From NCBI GenBank assembly GCA_964016885.1, contig OZ024755.1, positions 25,234,001 through 25,298,000 on the forward strand: DNA of 64,000 nt, in the 5' to 3' direction. Positions 1 through 14,540 of this stretch are shown here, one piece after another; the first letter of the stretch is position 1, and each line of letters starts with the position of its first letter. Below the pieces are notes generated by a model that worked only from the letters and a program-made list of their open reading frames with translations, ran no database searches and was not told where the DNA came from. A program made the translations under genes and the position numbers. Source of the DNA: Eledone cirrhosa (taxonomy: Eukaryota).

Positions 1-590
1 CTCACGCCTATGTAGGTTTAGTTGATCTCCTATGTTGTAGTCACAGCTCATACCTATGTAAGTTTAACCGGCATCCTATGTTGTTGTTACAGCTCACACA
101 ATGTAGGTCTAGCTGGTTGTCCTGTTGTTGTTCCTGTTACAGCTTACACCTGTATAGCTTTAACTGGCCTCATATGTTGTCACAGCTCACACCAATGTAG
201 GTCTAGCTGGTTGTCCTGTTGTTGTTGTTGCTGTTCTATCTCACACCTGTATAGCTTTAACCGACCTCATATGTTGTTACAGCTCACACCAATGTAGGTC
301 GAGCTGCTTGTCCTGTTGTTGTTCCTGTTACAGCTTACACCTATATAGGTTTAGTTGGTCTCCTATGTTGTTACAGCTCACACCTATGTAGGTTTAGCTG
401 CTTGTCCTGTTGTTGTTACTGTTATATCGCACACCTGTATAGTTTAACTGGCCTCATATGTTGTTACAGCTCACACCTATGTAGGTTTAGCTGGTTGTCC
501 TGTTGTTGTTGCTGTTATATCGCACACCTGTATAGTTTAACTGGCCTCATATGTTGTTACAGCTCACACCTATGTAGGTTTAGCTGCCCT
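1..590. repeat. Minisatellite, about 37-45 bp units
   Basis: Recurrent tgttgttacagctcacacctatgtaggtttagctgg. Confidence 0.9.
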
Positions 591-713
591 CTCATTGTTG
601 CATAGTTTTTTGTATTTTAATAAGAGGGTCCTCGGTCCTATCATATATGGTGTATATATGTGTGTATGGATGTATGTATGAGTATGTATGAGTATGTGTG
701 TGTATGTATGTAC

Positions 714-827
<114 letters not shown>

Positions 828-2738
828 TTACAAAATTATTATTTAAAACACCACAATTCAGAAGTGTTTGTATGTATGTATGTTTGTATGTATATATATA
901 TGTATGTATGATGTATGTATATATAAATATCTGTTTGTAGATGTCTAACTCTCTGTATATCGAGCTAACTTTCTATTCACAAGAAGATTTCAAATCACAA
1001 CAAAGTGTAAACATATTCAAGTCATTAAAGTACACTATAGTGCAGACACGTTAGAGCACCGAACTACGCACCTTGTGTCATTTTGTTACGTCATTTCATA
1101 TCAAATGTGTTCTGAATTCAAATCATGGCGTGTGTAGCATTAGTTTCGTCTGGATTGGCAGTATCGGTAGAATGAAGGACAACATGCTTTGCGGCATATA
1201 GTTACAACCCTTTATGTTCTGAGCGCAAATACCGCCGATAATAACTTTACGAGGTCGATAAAATAAAGGAACATTAACACTGATTTAATCGACTTTTCCT
1301 TTCCCTTCCAATTGTTGGCCTTCTACAAAACAGAAACAATTATTTTCTATATTTCTATAATGGAGGTGGAGTGGCAGTATCAGTAGAGGGTTTGACGCCA
1401 TGCTCTGCAGCATAGGAGTTATGGCCCTTCACGTTCTGAGTTCAAATCCCGCTGAGGTTAACTTTGCCTTTCATCCTTATGGGGTCGATAAAATAAAGTA
1501 CCAGTAATGCACTGGGACAATTGCTGGCCTTGTGCCAAAAGTAGAAACAATTATTTTCTATATTTGTTTCATAACTCTTTAGCATATAAACTGGCCCTAT
1601 ACGGCCAGTTTAAATTAAATTCTTTCACTCCTTTTTGTTCAAACCAGCCGTAAACAGCCACTCATACTGATGTTAAGGTATTATTCTCAAAATAAATAAC
1701 ATCATCAAAATCTCGTAGCTTTGATAGTATGCAAGATGATTATATATGATAAACCCTTTACAGTGAAAATACAATAGTAAATATAGAGTAATGTAGATGC
1801 TACAGGATTAATATATGATATCATACAAGCACAGCCATGTTTTCTCAAACACGTGGTATTTCTTGTAAGGGCCTTCTACTATAGTCTCCACCTATAGAGT
1901 GGAATTTAGTAGACGGAAAGTGGGTAGAAACCAGTCTTATAAATGTGTGTATCTGTGTTTGTTTATGTCCAGTAAATTAACGGTTCGACAAAAAGAGTTC
2001 GACAAAGTAACTGTCAGACTTGAACTAGGGTCAATATGATCAATTAAATCAAGTCCCTGCCCCGTTAGGACCCTAGTTAAATGAATGAAACAAGTAAAAG
2101 AATAAAATAACATCCTTCAGGAAGAATATCATTTCTTGCACTGCCCCTAGCGGGACTGGCGAAGGCGAATTTGTGTAACGTGGGTGGAACTAATATCACA
2201 TGGGACTTTTGTTCGATGCACAAGTTTGTTGGATTTTCTCACCGATACACACATACACACACACATACTCTGACACATACACACTCTCAGACACACATAC
2301 TCTCACACACACATACTATCACACATACGTGCTCTCACACATACATACTCTCACACACACATACTCTCACACATACATACTCTCACACATACATACTCTC
2401 GCACATACCCACACACACACAGATGTAAATGTAATGTATGTTTATATTCTTTCTTGTATTCTTTGCTTTTTCGCCATCATTGTCATGACATTCGTGTGTA
2501 TATGTTGGTGTGTGTGAGTGAGTGAGTGTGTGCATGTAAGTGTGTATATTTTGTGTGTGTGTGTTTGTGTGCGTGCATTTACACACACACAGACACCCAT
2601 GTATATATATAGAGATTATAAAGAGCCAGGACCCCGTCGAAGTTCTGATTCTTTATAATACAAACATACTCAACTACCCTAAGTATTGAGTACTCTGGTG
2701 AGTAATGGTCTAACCAGCTTCAAACTGAATCCATCCTG

Positions 2739-2790
<52 letters not shown>

Positions 2791-3177
2791 CTTGATCACC
2801 TTGACCGACTCGTCTGTCGGGTACCATTCGACCCGCTGGTCTCAGCACGTGATGTTTTAGCCATACGATGACGCCATCCCACTGACTGGGCGGGCAGGCC
2901 GTAAGTCTAAAGTCTGTCTTAAGCCAGAAGGCTCATTTGGACGGTGCTTATCCCGGTTTCATGGCGTAAAGCGACTGAGAGTACAAGACTCCCCCTCCCC
3001 CCGGACAGGACGCCAGTCCATCGCAGGTTTAAACCTCCAGCTATTGCTGGTACTCATTTTCAGCTGAGTAAACTGGAGCAACGTGAAATAAAGTGTCTTG
3101 CTCAAGGAAACAACGCCTCACCCGGTCCGTGAATTGAACTCACAACCTTTCTATTGCAAGCCTACTGCCTATGCGCC

Positions 3178-3270
<93 letters not shown>

Positions 3271-3605
3271 AAAAAGACGATTTGTTATGTCTTAAGTACT
3301 ACAACTCTATACTATAAAGACATAACAAACCGTCCTTTTATTATTATTGTGGATTGGCAATATCGGTAAAGGGTCGGACGCCATGCTTTGACGCATAGAG
3401 TTAGGTCCTTGCCATTCTGAGTTCAAATCACGCCGAGGTTGATTTTGCCTTTCATCCTTATGGGGTCGATAAAATAAAGTACCAGTAATTGCTGGCCTTG
3501 TTTCAAAAGTAGAAACAATTATTATTATTATTACACTCTGCTTAGTACTGCACCTCTATACTTACTGGTGAACCCGTAGTAGCGTTTTCGGTGCCAGGAA
3601 ATACG

Positions 3606-3641
<36 letters not shown>

Positions 3642-3735
3642 TGAGTATATGTTGGTTGTTTACCGACACCTCAGTATGCAGATTGGAGGACCCCGACGAA
3701 GTACGTAGGTTGGTTTGGTTACTCCGGAGTAATGT

Positions 3736-3773
<38 letters not shown>

Positions 3774-3776
3774 ATA

Positions 3777-3816
<40 letters not shown>

Positions 3817-4049
3817 CTGTATATACATACTGTATTAGCCGGTACCTATTGTACATTCACTACAGTCCTCCCTCACATTAGTGTGTAAAGTTGGTCCGCC
3901 TATTTAACTGTATTACTAACCAGCTATCACAGCTGCTATACACTAACAACAACAACTAGATCAACATCCTCCTTATCATTTCTTACAACACACACACTTC
4001 CAAATATACTTAGATTCACATTTATATGTAAATATACACGAACTTAATC

Positions 4050-4089
<40 letters not shown>

Positions 4090-4091
<2 letters not shown>

Positions 4092-5069
4092 ATGGGGAGA
4101 AAAAGACGATTATTAAGAAGAAAAATCTTCTTTTTTTTCCTTTTTTATTTCCTCTTTTTTTTCTGGGTTAGAAAATGTTTAAAACAAAATATTTTACTTT
4201 GTGTGAAGTGAAGTGTTAAGGTATTAGTTAATTTATTTATTAATTAACAATGACATTTATTTATTTATTTATTTATTTATTTATATATTTAATAATTGTC
4301 TACTACCGGTTTCAGCATTTTATGCATTATCAAAGGGGGGAATTTGTATTGGTGTAAAATGTTGGTGATGTTGAACATGTTAAGGAAATGGTGAAGAAAG
4401 AATAATGTTATTTACAAACAAGGTTTTTGAAGTGAAAAGAAAAAAGAAAAAAAGGGGGTAATGTGGAACATGATAAGGTAAGGGGAAAGAAAAAATAATA
4501 TTATTTACAGACATAGTCCTTGAAGATAAGCAGTTCGAAATGTGTTATTATGGCAAGAGTGCCTAGTTGATCCATGATGGAGACAAATGGTAGTCTGGGG
4601 TTTGATATGATTTCCCTTTTCAGAGAGTTAATATGCAGGCGGAGGTAATTCAGGGTGGTCAGCTAGTGGAGAGAGAGATGAGAAGGGGTAATTCATTTAT
4701 ATAAGGAAACAGATTAGGTAGGGTGTTAGGGAGGTAACTCTTTAGAGAACATAGGAATTAGGTTTTGGTTCATTGTTCGTTCCAGTTTTAGTTTAGTCCG
4801 AAGTTTAGTCCATTAAGTAGAAGTTGGAATTTGTTAATGAAGTACGTTTCCTTATTGGTACGATGGATGAAAGAAGCGTTGTCTATGAATTTGTAAATGG
4901 GGAAAAGTTTGGATGTTGGTTAGGTGTAGAATTGGCGATAATTAAAAGCAATCTTTCTGTAGTCCTGTATTTCGATTTGTAATCTATGGACGGCCATACG
5001 TTGTCAGAGGGTGTCTTTTGTCTGTCCTATGTAGTGCTCTTGACAATCTGAGCAGGTCAAAACAGATTA

Positions 5070-5074
<5 letters not shown>
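4090..5074 (-). mobile_element. 5'-truncated Penelope-like element between (TA)n tracts
   Basis: GIY-YIG remnant, then a 3' UTR, then a degenerate hammerhead (TTGATAA-TGC..GC-T-GAAA-CCGG-TA at about 4300-4336). Both ends abut (TA)n. Confidence 0.75.
4788..5073 (-). pseudogene. Decayed GIY-YIG endonuclease (C-terminus of a Penelope-like element ORF)
   Basis: Manual minus-strand translation with one frameshift and two stops: NLI/VLTCSDCQEHYIGQTKDTL*QRMAVHRLQI...LFPIYKF...RTNKETYFINKFQLLLN. It shows CxxC, YIGQT, R..H and KE..FI..LN motifs typical of PLE GIY-YIG domains. Confidence 0.85.
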
Positions 5075-5112
<38 letters not shown>

Positions 5113-5126
5113 TATTAAGTTCGTGT

Positions 5127-5159
<33 letters not shown>

Positions 5160-5519
5160 CATTATTAAGTTCGTGTGTATGTGTGTGTATATATATATAT
5201 ATATATAATATATATAACGAAGTAAGTGTGGTAAGGAACCAGATGGACCATAACACACCAGAGTACTCAATACTTAGGGTAGTAGAGTGGGTAATATGAA
5301 AATGTTTAACCCCGACGGCAGAGCTCAAGCCGTTTCGACGGCTACTTCTATATATATATATGTATACTCGTATAATGGCATTGAGTGCTCAAATTGGTTA
5401 CACACCAATGATCTATCTATCTACCTGTCTGTCTACCTATTTATCTATTTGACTGTATGCCTGTCTACCTGTATGTCTATCTATTTATCCATCCCTATGG
5501 ATGACTGCCTTTCTGTCTG

Positions 5520-5810
5520 TAGCAAAAATGGTCCGAGTGATTGGGCCTTCTCTGTATATAAACCTGTAGGTTGAAAAAGAGAGCAAAAAGAAGAAAGGAG
5601 CACTTGCACAGCACGTTCCTGAAGTTGAGGGTTGTTCTATCGACGGGGTATAAAACAACCCATTTGTAACGCCTCCCCCCTATTGGGGATTTCGATTGTT
5701 AAATTTGTTTGTTTTAATAATATTTTTACACGACTGTGTGTAAAATCCCCGGCATGTGTCTTTGTATTGTCCCCTCTTCTTGTGCGCCCTTTTAGCAAAT
5801 AAAGAAATCT
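5520..5810 (+). mobile_element. Diverged 3' end of a related Tx1 subfamily
   Basis: Aligns by eye to about 24460-24749 (gggccttctct..cctgtaggttga..ctattgggga..ttgtattgtcccc..aataaagaaat). Embedded in (TATC)/(TGTC) repeats. Confidence 0.8.
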
Positions 5811-5851
5811 ATCTATCTATCTAGCTGTCTGCCTGTCAGTCTCTTTCTTTT

Positions 5852-5888
<37 letters not shown>

Positions 5889-5904
5889 TCGAGAGAGAGA
5901 GATC

Positions 5905-6380
5905 TGCAGTTCTATAGATTACACTATATGAGAATGTGTGTTTAAAATATAGTACTGTAAACATTAAATGAACGAGCACTCAATATGTGTACAGTATGTG
6001 TGTGTGCAGTTCTATAGATTACACTATATGAGAATGTGTGTTTAAAATACAGTACTGTAAACATTAAATGAACGAGCACTCAATATGTGTACAGTATGTG
6101 TGTGTGCAGTTCTATAGATTACACTATATGAGAATGTGTGTTTAAAATATAGTACTGTAAACATTAAATGAACGAGCACTCAATATGTGTACAGTGTGTG
6201 TGTGTGCAGTTCTATAGATTACACTATATGAGAATGTGTGTTTAAAATATAGTACTGTAAACGTTAAATGAACGAGCACTCAATATGTGTACAGTGTGTG
6301 TGCAGTTCTATAGATTACACTATATGAGAATGTGTGTTTAAAATATAGTACTGTAAACGTTAAATGAATGAGCACTCAAT
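5905..6380. repeat. 100-bp tandem repeat, about 4.8 copies
   Basis: tgcagttctatag starts at 5905, 6005, 6105, 6205 and 6301. Units are separated by short (TG)n. Confidence 0.95.
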
Positions 6381-6566
6381 GTGTGTGTGTGTGTGTGTGT
6401 GTGTATCAGTACGGAACGGCATTGAAACAAAACTCTGTTTACGCACGAGTAATTCACTAATTACATTTATCTGTCTGTCTGCCTGTCTCTGACTGTTTGG
6501 AGCGAAACATGTGGCCATCTGTAACGAATTTAATTTCAATGTAATATAATACATATATATATGTGT

Positions 6567-6611
<45 letters not shown>

Positions 6612-6981
6612 CGCGTGCGTGCACTTGTACAACCTTTTTATCTCTCCATCGTTCTACTTCGTTTCTCTCTCGTTTTCCATCGCTGTCTCTTTCTCTATTT
6701 CTCTCACTCTCTCCCTCGTTCTACTTCATTTCTCTCTCTCTCTCTCTCCATCTTTCTATCAGGTCTTTCTCTCTCACGCCCCCCACCCCCCTTCTCTCCA
6801 TCGTTCTATCTCGTCGCCCCCTCTCTCCATCTCTCTCCCCCACACTCATTCTCCCACTCACACTAATTGATAATCAGTGTTTCCTTTCTCATTTCTTATT
6901 CCGCTTTGTCTGTTTGTATCTCTTCTTTTTCCTGTCTCACTCTCTCCTACCCTTTCTCCCTCTTTCCTCGCTTGTTCCATC

Positions 6982-7021
<40 letters not shown>

Positions 7022-7174
7022 GATGATTTCTTGAAATGAAACAGTTCTAGTCATGTAGAAACCATTTCTATTAAATATTTATACTCTGCTATGTATTGAG
7101 TACCTTACTTACTGTGGTTACTCCGATTGAACCCGGGATAAACATACATACATACATACATACATATATTTATA

Positions 7175-7236
<62 letters not shown>

Positions 7237-7748
7237 CGCTCCCTCTCTTTCTGTGTTTCTCTTATCTCTCTATCACTAGCATTCATAAATACTTCATACC
7301 TCCTCCTCGTCTATCTTCCCCCCCCCCCCCTCGCTATTCCTATATCTGTCGTTTTCCCCCTCGCTATCTCTGTCTCTGTCTCTCTCCTCATGCTTTTGTA
7401 TCTAAAAAATACCTTATACTTCCACTCTGTCTATTTTATACCCCATCACTTTCTCTCTCTATATGTTTGTCTCCCACCCATTCACTACCTCTGTCTGTTT
7501 GCCTGTCTGTCTGTCTGTCTTCTACCCCTCATTATCTTTCTCTGGTGAATTGGCAGTATCGGTAGAGGGTCGGATGCCATGCTTTGCAGCAAGAGTTACG
7601 CCCCTTTATGGTCTGAGTTCAAATCCTGCCGAGGTTCACTGGGGTCGATAAAATAAAGTACCAGTAATACACTGAGATAATTGCTGGCCTTCTGCCTAAA
7701 GTAGAAACATTATCTTTGTCTGTCTGTCCCTCACCCCCTCGCTATATT

Positions 7749-7805
<57 letters not shown>

Positions 7806-8065
7806 CTGACTCCCTACTGTCTCTGACTGTCTCTCATCCTATCACTATCTCTCCCTGTCTCTCTCTTTCTCTCTATATCTCTCTACAACTCTCCACCTCT
7901 CTCAATCTCATTCCCTCTCTACCTCTGCCCGTCCCTCATATCTCCGGGGCAGCTGGGGCCACGAGGCGAACTAAACTAAATGAGAGGCAACTTGGTTGTC
8001 AATCTTAGGGCCAAAAAAAGATATCTTCCACACCTAAGAAGCCAGTTGTTCTCTGAATGTCGCAA

Positions 8066-8155
<90 letters not shown>

Positions 8156-8438
8156 CTATGCGACAGCATTACACTCTCCTTAGTGCTACACCAATATAAT
8201 TACTGGAAACTACGCACCGAGTGCTCACTCTCGTGAACCTACAGTAACTGGACGTGACAATCCCTATATATATATATATATAAAGGGAACAGCGAGAGTT
8301 TAAACGCTGTTTTACATGTCCCTTTATTTACATGTCCCAACGACTTTCTTTAGCCGTTGCTCGCACCAACCGGAGGTATATGGTCTTTAAAGCGAAGAAA
8401 TACCGATGATGATTGGAAGATCACTGATGAAGGACCAC

Positions 8439-8477
<39 letters not shown>

Positions 8478-8748
8478 TGTTTAATATAGAAATGTCTTCT
8501 ACAAGACTAGAACTGTTTCATTCAAAGGAAATTACCAGGAAAGTCCTGAACGAAACAGTTCTAGTCCCTGTAGAAGCATTTTCTATATTAAACATGTTTA
8601 CACGCTATTAATGTATTGAGAACCTTACTAACTGTGGTTACCCCAGATTGAACCCGAGACTCATATATATATAAGTTAATTCCACAACAGTTAAATAACC
8701 ATTGTCGATGACACGTGTTTCACCTTGCAGATCTTCACAGTGCTCTCC

Positions 8749-8876
<128 letters not shown>

Positions 8877-8919
8877 AGAACAAAGTGAAGGTGTTACATT
8901 GGAAATTTATTGCTCAATC

Positions 8920-9007
8920 CTGGTTACAAATGTTTCTCAAGCAGCGGGCTCGTAATCTGGGTTGGCATCCCAGACCAGACTTCAAGTCTGCCTGATCCTC
9001 AGAACAG
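8920..9007 (-). ncRNA. Hammerhead ribozyme motif with extended stem II
   Basis: Reverse complement reads ctgtt-CTGAGGA-TCAGGC...GCTTGA-GAAA-CATTTG-TA-accag. It lies in the loop of a fold-back (arms about 8873-8917 and 9035-9076). Confidence 0.6.
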
Positions 9008-9151
9008 TGTTAACACTACAAATTCACATCAGGTTTGAGCAATAAATCTATGTAACACCTCCACTTTGTTCTTATTGTATACACTCTGCTCTGCACAGGG
9101 TGCTGACTTTGGTTCTCTCACCAGTTTTATTCGGACTTACTGAACTTTCTG

Positions 9152-9191
<40 letters not shown>

Positions 9192-10403
9192 CCCCCACCA
9201 ACACCCCACTCTCCAGAGCGTGAAATTAATAAACATTTGTTGTACTGCCTCTCTGTTTTGTCCCTGTTCAAATTTTTCCATTATATATATATATATATAT
9301 ATATATTGAAAAGGTAAAAAAAAAACAATAACAATATATATATATTTGTAAATCGAACTCTAGCTGCAGTACAGCAAGTACTATTAGATTTGTTTGAAGC
9401 AAACACAAAACGCTCAATGGATCAAAAGTTAAAAACAAGCATTAAGTCCAGAGTTAAATATCGTAGTTATAGAATGTGACACCAAGAGAACCGACCGAAG
9501 GGACAAACTATACATACAACAAAATAACGATAGATACAAAAAGATAGATATATTCCATTGCTATCGTTACCCAGTCATATCTTTAATAGTTCTATCCGAG
9601 GATACACTGCTGTTTGTGTAGTCAGTCTTCTGGATGCAGACATGGTTGAGTGATGATACATTTACCTCACAATCATAACCTCCCGGGTGCGATTGCGTTG
9701 GATGATACAATATCTAATTGTGGGACACGTTTCAGTCGAAGACTTGTGTGTGAAATTGGATAGATGGAAATTATGTTGAAGACGGTTGGATGGATTCGTC
9801 CTGTAATTCAAAGGTCCTGCCATGTCACACAATATGTCATGTTGATTCTGCTTGGAAATTACGTTAAATGTACATCTGTCTGTGGAATACTCAGCCACCG
9901 GCATATTCTTTTATTTGTAAAACGTTCAGTTGACTGAACAACAAAATGCTCATCGTCGAGACCGACGGATGAGGCACCACAACCTCTAACACTATCAACA
10001 CAAATCACATTGTAGCATATTTAACAAAAAGCCCAATTTGATTACGTCCCTTGAGTCCCGGCCTTTCACATACAATAAGCTAGAACTAAAACTAAAGTTG
10101 TACGTCCATTATTCAGCAGTTTATCATATCATTGCTGTTAGATTAAAAGATCAGTGCATTGTGAGTGAAATATCTTTCTTTAATAGCGAGGTCCCCATAT
10201 GTTTTAAAATTACTGTTATGATAATTAATTGTAACGATGCAAATTCGCAATATATGCAAATGAGCATTTCCAGGCAATGTTTTCTATTGCTATATACAAA
10301 TGAGCAACTCCAGCATAGGCTGCATAGCATATGTTTTACGTGTGATCTAACGATAGGTGCCCTAGTCTTATATCTATACATATGTGTGTATTTGTGAATA
10401 TGA

Positions 10404-10580
10404 GGGCACGTGGTCAGTCTCATTTATCCACGAGCTTGGCTGGTCTCGCTTGGGAATCCAGCTGGACCAGTTCGAAACTGTTGCTTCTGACAGGACCCGC
10501 TGGAAGGAGTGTTTGAGGACTCTGCTCCCACGACCCTGTCACGCATCCCCGTCCCTCTACAGCCGTTGTTGTTGGTGCTG
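10404..10580 (+). mobile_element. Possible RTE-like 3' fragment
   Basis: LGIQLDQFETVASDRTRWKECL resembles the 'A.DR..W' RTE terminus. Confidence 0.45.
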
Positions 10581-10983
10581 ATTTGCAGCTAAAAGAACTT
10601 GATCAACATGAAATTAAGTGTCTTGCTCAAGGTCACAAAATGTCACTCTTTGTGGTAATCAAATCCCACAATTTTATGTTCCTCAGACCAGCATACTTAT
10701 CTCTTCAAATGTTTTCAATAAACACCAGTGAAATACTAGTAGAAATATATTTTGTTTGTTCAACATTTTCCTAAATATGATGCTCTGCGCATAACTTTGA
10801 TTTAAATGCCCTAACACATTAATAAATGGCTGCAACTATTTACAAGATATAAACGCAGGCACACACGTGTAAACAAAGATTTCACTTTTTTTCACTTCTT
10901 CCTTCGTAGTATAATCAACAAGCATAAACATATATTCGTCTACACATATGTATCGTGCTATTTATACACATTCTTCCGGAACT

Positions 10984-11058
<75 letters not shown>

Positions 11059-11121
11059 TATATACATATATATACATACATATATACATATATATACATA
11101 TATATATATACATATATACAC

Positions 11122-11154
<33 letters not shown>

Positions 11155-11413
11155 CATACATATATATACATATATATATATATACATATATATACATATA
11201 TATATATATAGATATATATATACATATATATATACATATACATATATATACATATATATATACATATACATATATATACATATATACACATATATATATA
11301 TATACATAAATATATATACATACACACACATATATACACACATATATATATATATATACATATATACATACACACACATATATACACATATATATATATA
11401 TACATATATATAT

Positions 11414-11445
<32 letters not shown>

Positions 11446-11624
11446 GTATATGTGTTTGCGTGTGTGTGTGTAATATATCTGGGGAAGGATGGGCTCTGCC
11501 AGGGTTAACATTTCCAAGGAACGCCGTATTGACATACGGCGTTTCTATGACTCTATCAGGGGTTACGGGACCATACATACATACATATTCATATATATGA
11601 TATATATGTATGTATTATATAATG

Positions 11625-11672
<48 letters not shown>

Positions 11673-11732
11673 TTTAAGTTTGTTGAATTCCAACAAATTA
11701 AATATAACCTTTGTATATATATATATATATAT

Positions 11733-11925
11733 ATAGGAACCAGTAAGACCCCGACAGCTGAGCTCAAGCCGTTTCGACGGCTAATTCTGGACAGAATTAG
11801 CCGTCGAAACGGCTTGAGCTCAGCTGTCGGGGTCTTACTGGTTCCTATTACATACTCTACTACCTCAAGTATTGAGTACTTTGGTGCGTTATGGTCCACC
11901 TGGTTCCTTACCACATTTCCTTCGT

Positions 11926-11926
<1 letters not shown>
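11733..11926 (+). mobile_element. PLE-like fold-back plus tail, family 'GACCCCGACGG..GCCGTTTCGACGGC'
   Basis: Palindrome 11733-11848 plus tail to 11926. Related pieces at about 2620-2740, 5218-5345, 28746-28844, 40697-40773, 56230-56278 and 58348-58410, all in (TA)n. Confidence 0.65.
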
Positions 11927-12022
<96 letters not shown>

Positions 12023-12128
12023 TAAAATAACAGATTAAAGTTTAAGCAAAGAATCGCTGCTTTCACCCTTAACGGGATCTTCTGAAACTAACAAAGTCAA
12101 TCTGTAAAGTCTTCAATTTTATTATTAT

Positions 12129-12259
<131 letters not shown>

Positions 12260-12291
12260 AATGTATTATATAATGCATATAATACATACGG

Positions 12292-12480
12292 GCGGGGGAT
12301 TGGCAGTATCGGCAGAGGGTCGCACGCCATGCTTTGACGCATAGAGTTACGGCCCTTGCCATTCTGAGTTCAAATCCCGCCGAGATTAACTTTGCCTTTC
12401 ATCCTTATGGGGTTGATAAAATAAAGTACCAGTAATATACTGGATAATTGCTGGCCTTGTGCCAAAAGTAGAAATAATTA
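12292..12480 (+). mobile_element. tRNA-derived SINE family A (about 190 bp), representative copy
   Basis: A-box TGGCAGTATCGG, B-box GAGTTCAAATCC, central GCCTTTCATCCTTACGGGGTCGATAAAATAAAGTACCAG (Meta-domain-like, from memory) and ATT tail. Other + copies near 1153, 1365, 3350, 7545, 13347, 15481, 30335, 41618, 49245, 50478, 50670, 58617 and 62065. Copies on - near 19100-19285, 45465-45670 and 53488-53670. Confidence 0.9.
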
Positions 12481-12529
12481 TATAATGTATATATATATAT
12501 ATATGTGTGTGTGTATGTACTATATAATG

Positions 12530-12560
<31 letters not shown>

Positions 12561-12590
12561 ATATGTATGTATATATTATATAATGTACAT

Positions 12591-12656
<66 letters not shown>

Positions 12657-12758
12657 ATGTGTGTGTGTGTGTGTGTAAAAGTTAAACAGAAATATCGCAA
12701 TCGGTACAGTATATGGAAGGGATATATTAGGTTAACGCTTGAAATAGCAGGAAGAGGG

Positions 12759-12794
12759 TCTTAACGTTTCGGGCGCTAGTCCCTCATCAGAAGA
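12759..12794 (-). ncRNA. Minimal hammerhead ribozyme motif
   Basis: Reverse complement reads TCTT-CTGATGA-GGG actagcg CCC-GAAA-CG-TT-AAGA. Related partial or degenerate copies at about 16805-16870 and 21788-21817 (+). Confidence 0.65.
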
Positions 12795-13531
12795 AAGAAT
12801 GAGAAATAAGATAGATTGAAGGGATGGGTGGGGTGGAATTGAAAAAAATGTATTTAGATAAAAATAACAGGTTCATTCATTGTGACATCTCTTGGAATAT
12901 TTTAAAAAAAAAGGAAAAGAATGACTTCACTTGTAGTTCTAAACAATTTGATTTAATTTTATAATATTATGATTTTACAATTTGGTTTTATAGGTCTAGT
13001 AAGTTCTTTGTTAACTTCGGTGGGGAGATTTTAAAATATTCCTGGTTAACGTTCCTGGGGAACTTTCTCACATTCATCGGTGACGATTGTCAAACTGAGA
13101 TCAGGTTGACAATTGCCACCGACGATTGAAAAGATAACAAAACTATATCTAAATTAGTGAAGCATATACATATAGAGTAACTTGGGCAAAGTTACTGAAC
13201 GTAGAGTACAACTGAAGGTAGAGTACAAGAAAACATAACTCGTATCGTTTCCCTGACTCCACTTTCTGTAATCAAGAGACAATATTGACCATCTTAATAG
13301 ATTAAGATGAGCAATACTGGAAGATGACTCTTCCATTATATACACATTGGCAGTATCGGTAGAGGGTCGGACATGCTTTCCACCATAGTTACGTCCCTTT
13401 ACGATCTGAGTTCAAATCCCGCCGAGGTTAACTTTGCCTTTCATCCTTACGAGATCGATAAAATAAAGTACCAGTAATGTACTGGGTAATTGGTGGCCTT
13501 GTGCCAAACAAGTAGAAACAATTATATACAC

Positions 13532-13604
<73 letters not shown>

Positions 13605-13804
13605 AGTGGAAGCTTAGTAAAATCGAAGCTTTGGCTGCGGCCTAGCAAAATCGACCTGAAATTAGGAATGAGTAGCAAAGCACTCAATAAGGGTAGGCCC
13701 TCACAGTAATAACATACGTTTAGATAGCTTGACAAATTGAAAATTGCGGCAGGCAAAACCCAGCCATACAATACCAAAACAACGAAAAAACTAATCAGGT
13801 TACA

Positions 13805-13892
<88 letters not shown>

Positions 13893-14395
13893 AGATATGG
13901 GCGAAGACAGGGAAATGAACGAATACAGACAGTCCCTTGTTATCAGTCGATTAGAAATACATTGTTTCAGTCCTTTGACAACTGGCTCTAGTGCACAAAT
14001 GGACAAAGGACAAATAAGAGAAACTTTGCCACTAACCCATGAGCTGTAACTAAAAAATATTGACGAACTCAACATATTGATTAGCCAAGAAGGAGAAGTA
14101 AATGAGAAGGGAGAAGAGATAGAGAATATACAATATATATAGCATATATATTATCATCACAGGTTAAAGGTTTAAGTAAACAATTTCTACTTACGCCTTA
14201 AAGCGGGATCTTATATATATATAATTCAAAATATTAACAAATGAAAGATATTCACATAATCAAAATATATGGTTTATTTATATATTTCAAAGGTACTGTG
14301 TTTTTTTATTTTCAGTGCGTCTTCATTAGATAAAATGTATGATTTGATATATGACATACCGCTACTGTCTTGATTATACAATTCCAGTATTGACA

Positions 14396-14457
<62 letters not shown>

Positions 14458-14493
14458 TATACAATTATCAAAGTTGTGTTGAAATCATTTAAT

Positions 14494-14540
14494 AACTGAC
14501 AATCGTTTCTTCCAAACTCTCGTTTGGAGTCATCGGAGCA
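14494..14540 (-). ncRNA. Minimal hammerhead motif (CCGATGA variant)
   Basis: Reverse complement reads GCT-CCGATGA-CTCCAAAC gaga GTTTGGA-A-GAAA-CGATTG-TC-AGT. Confidence 0.55.

Noticed and set aside
12292-12380. tRNA genes suggested by A/B boxes
   Set aside because: No cloverleaf or terminator. The boxes are heads of a multi-copy SINE.
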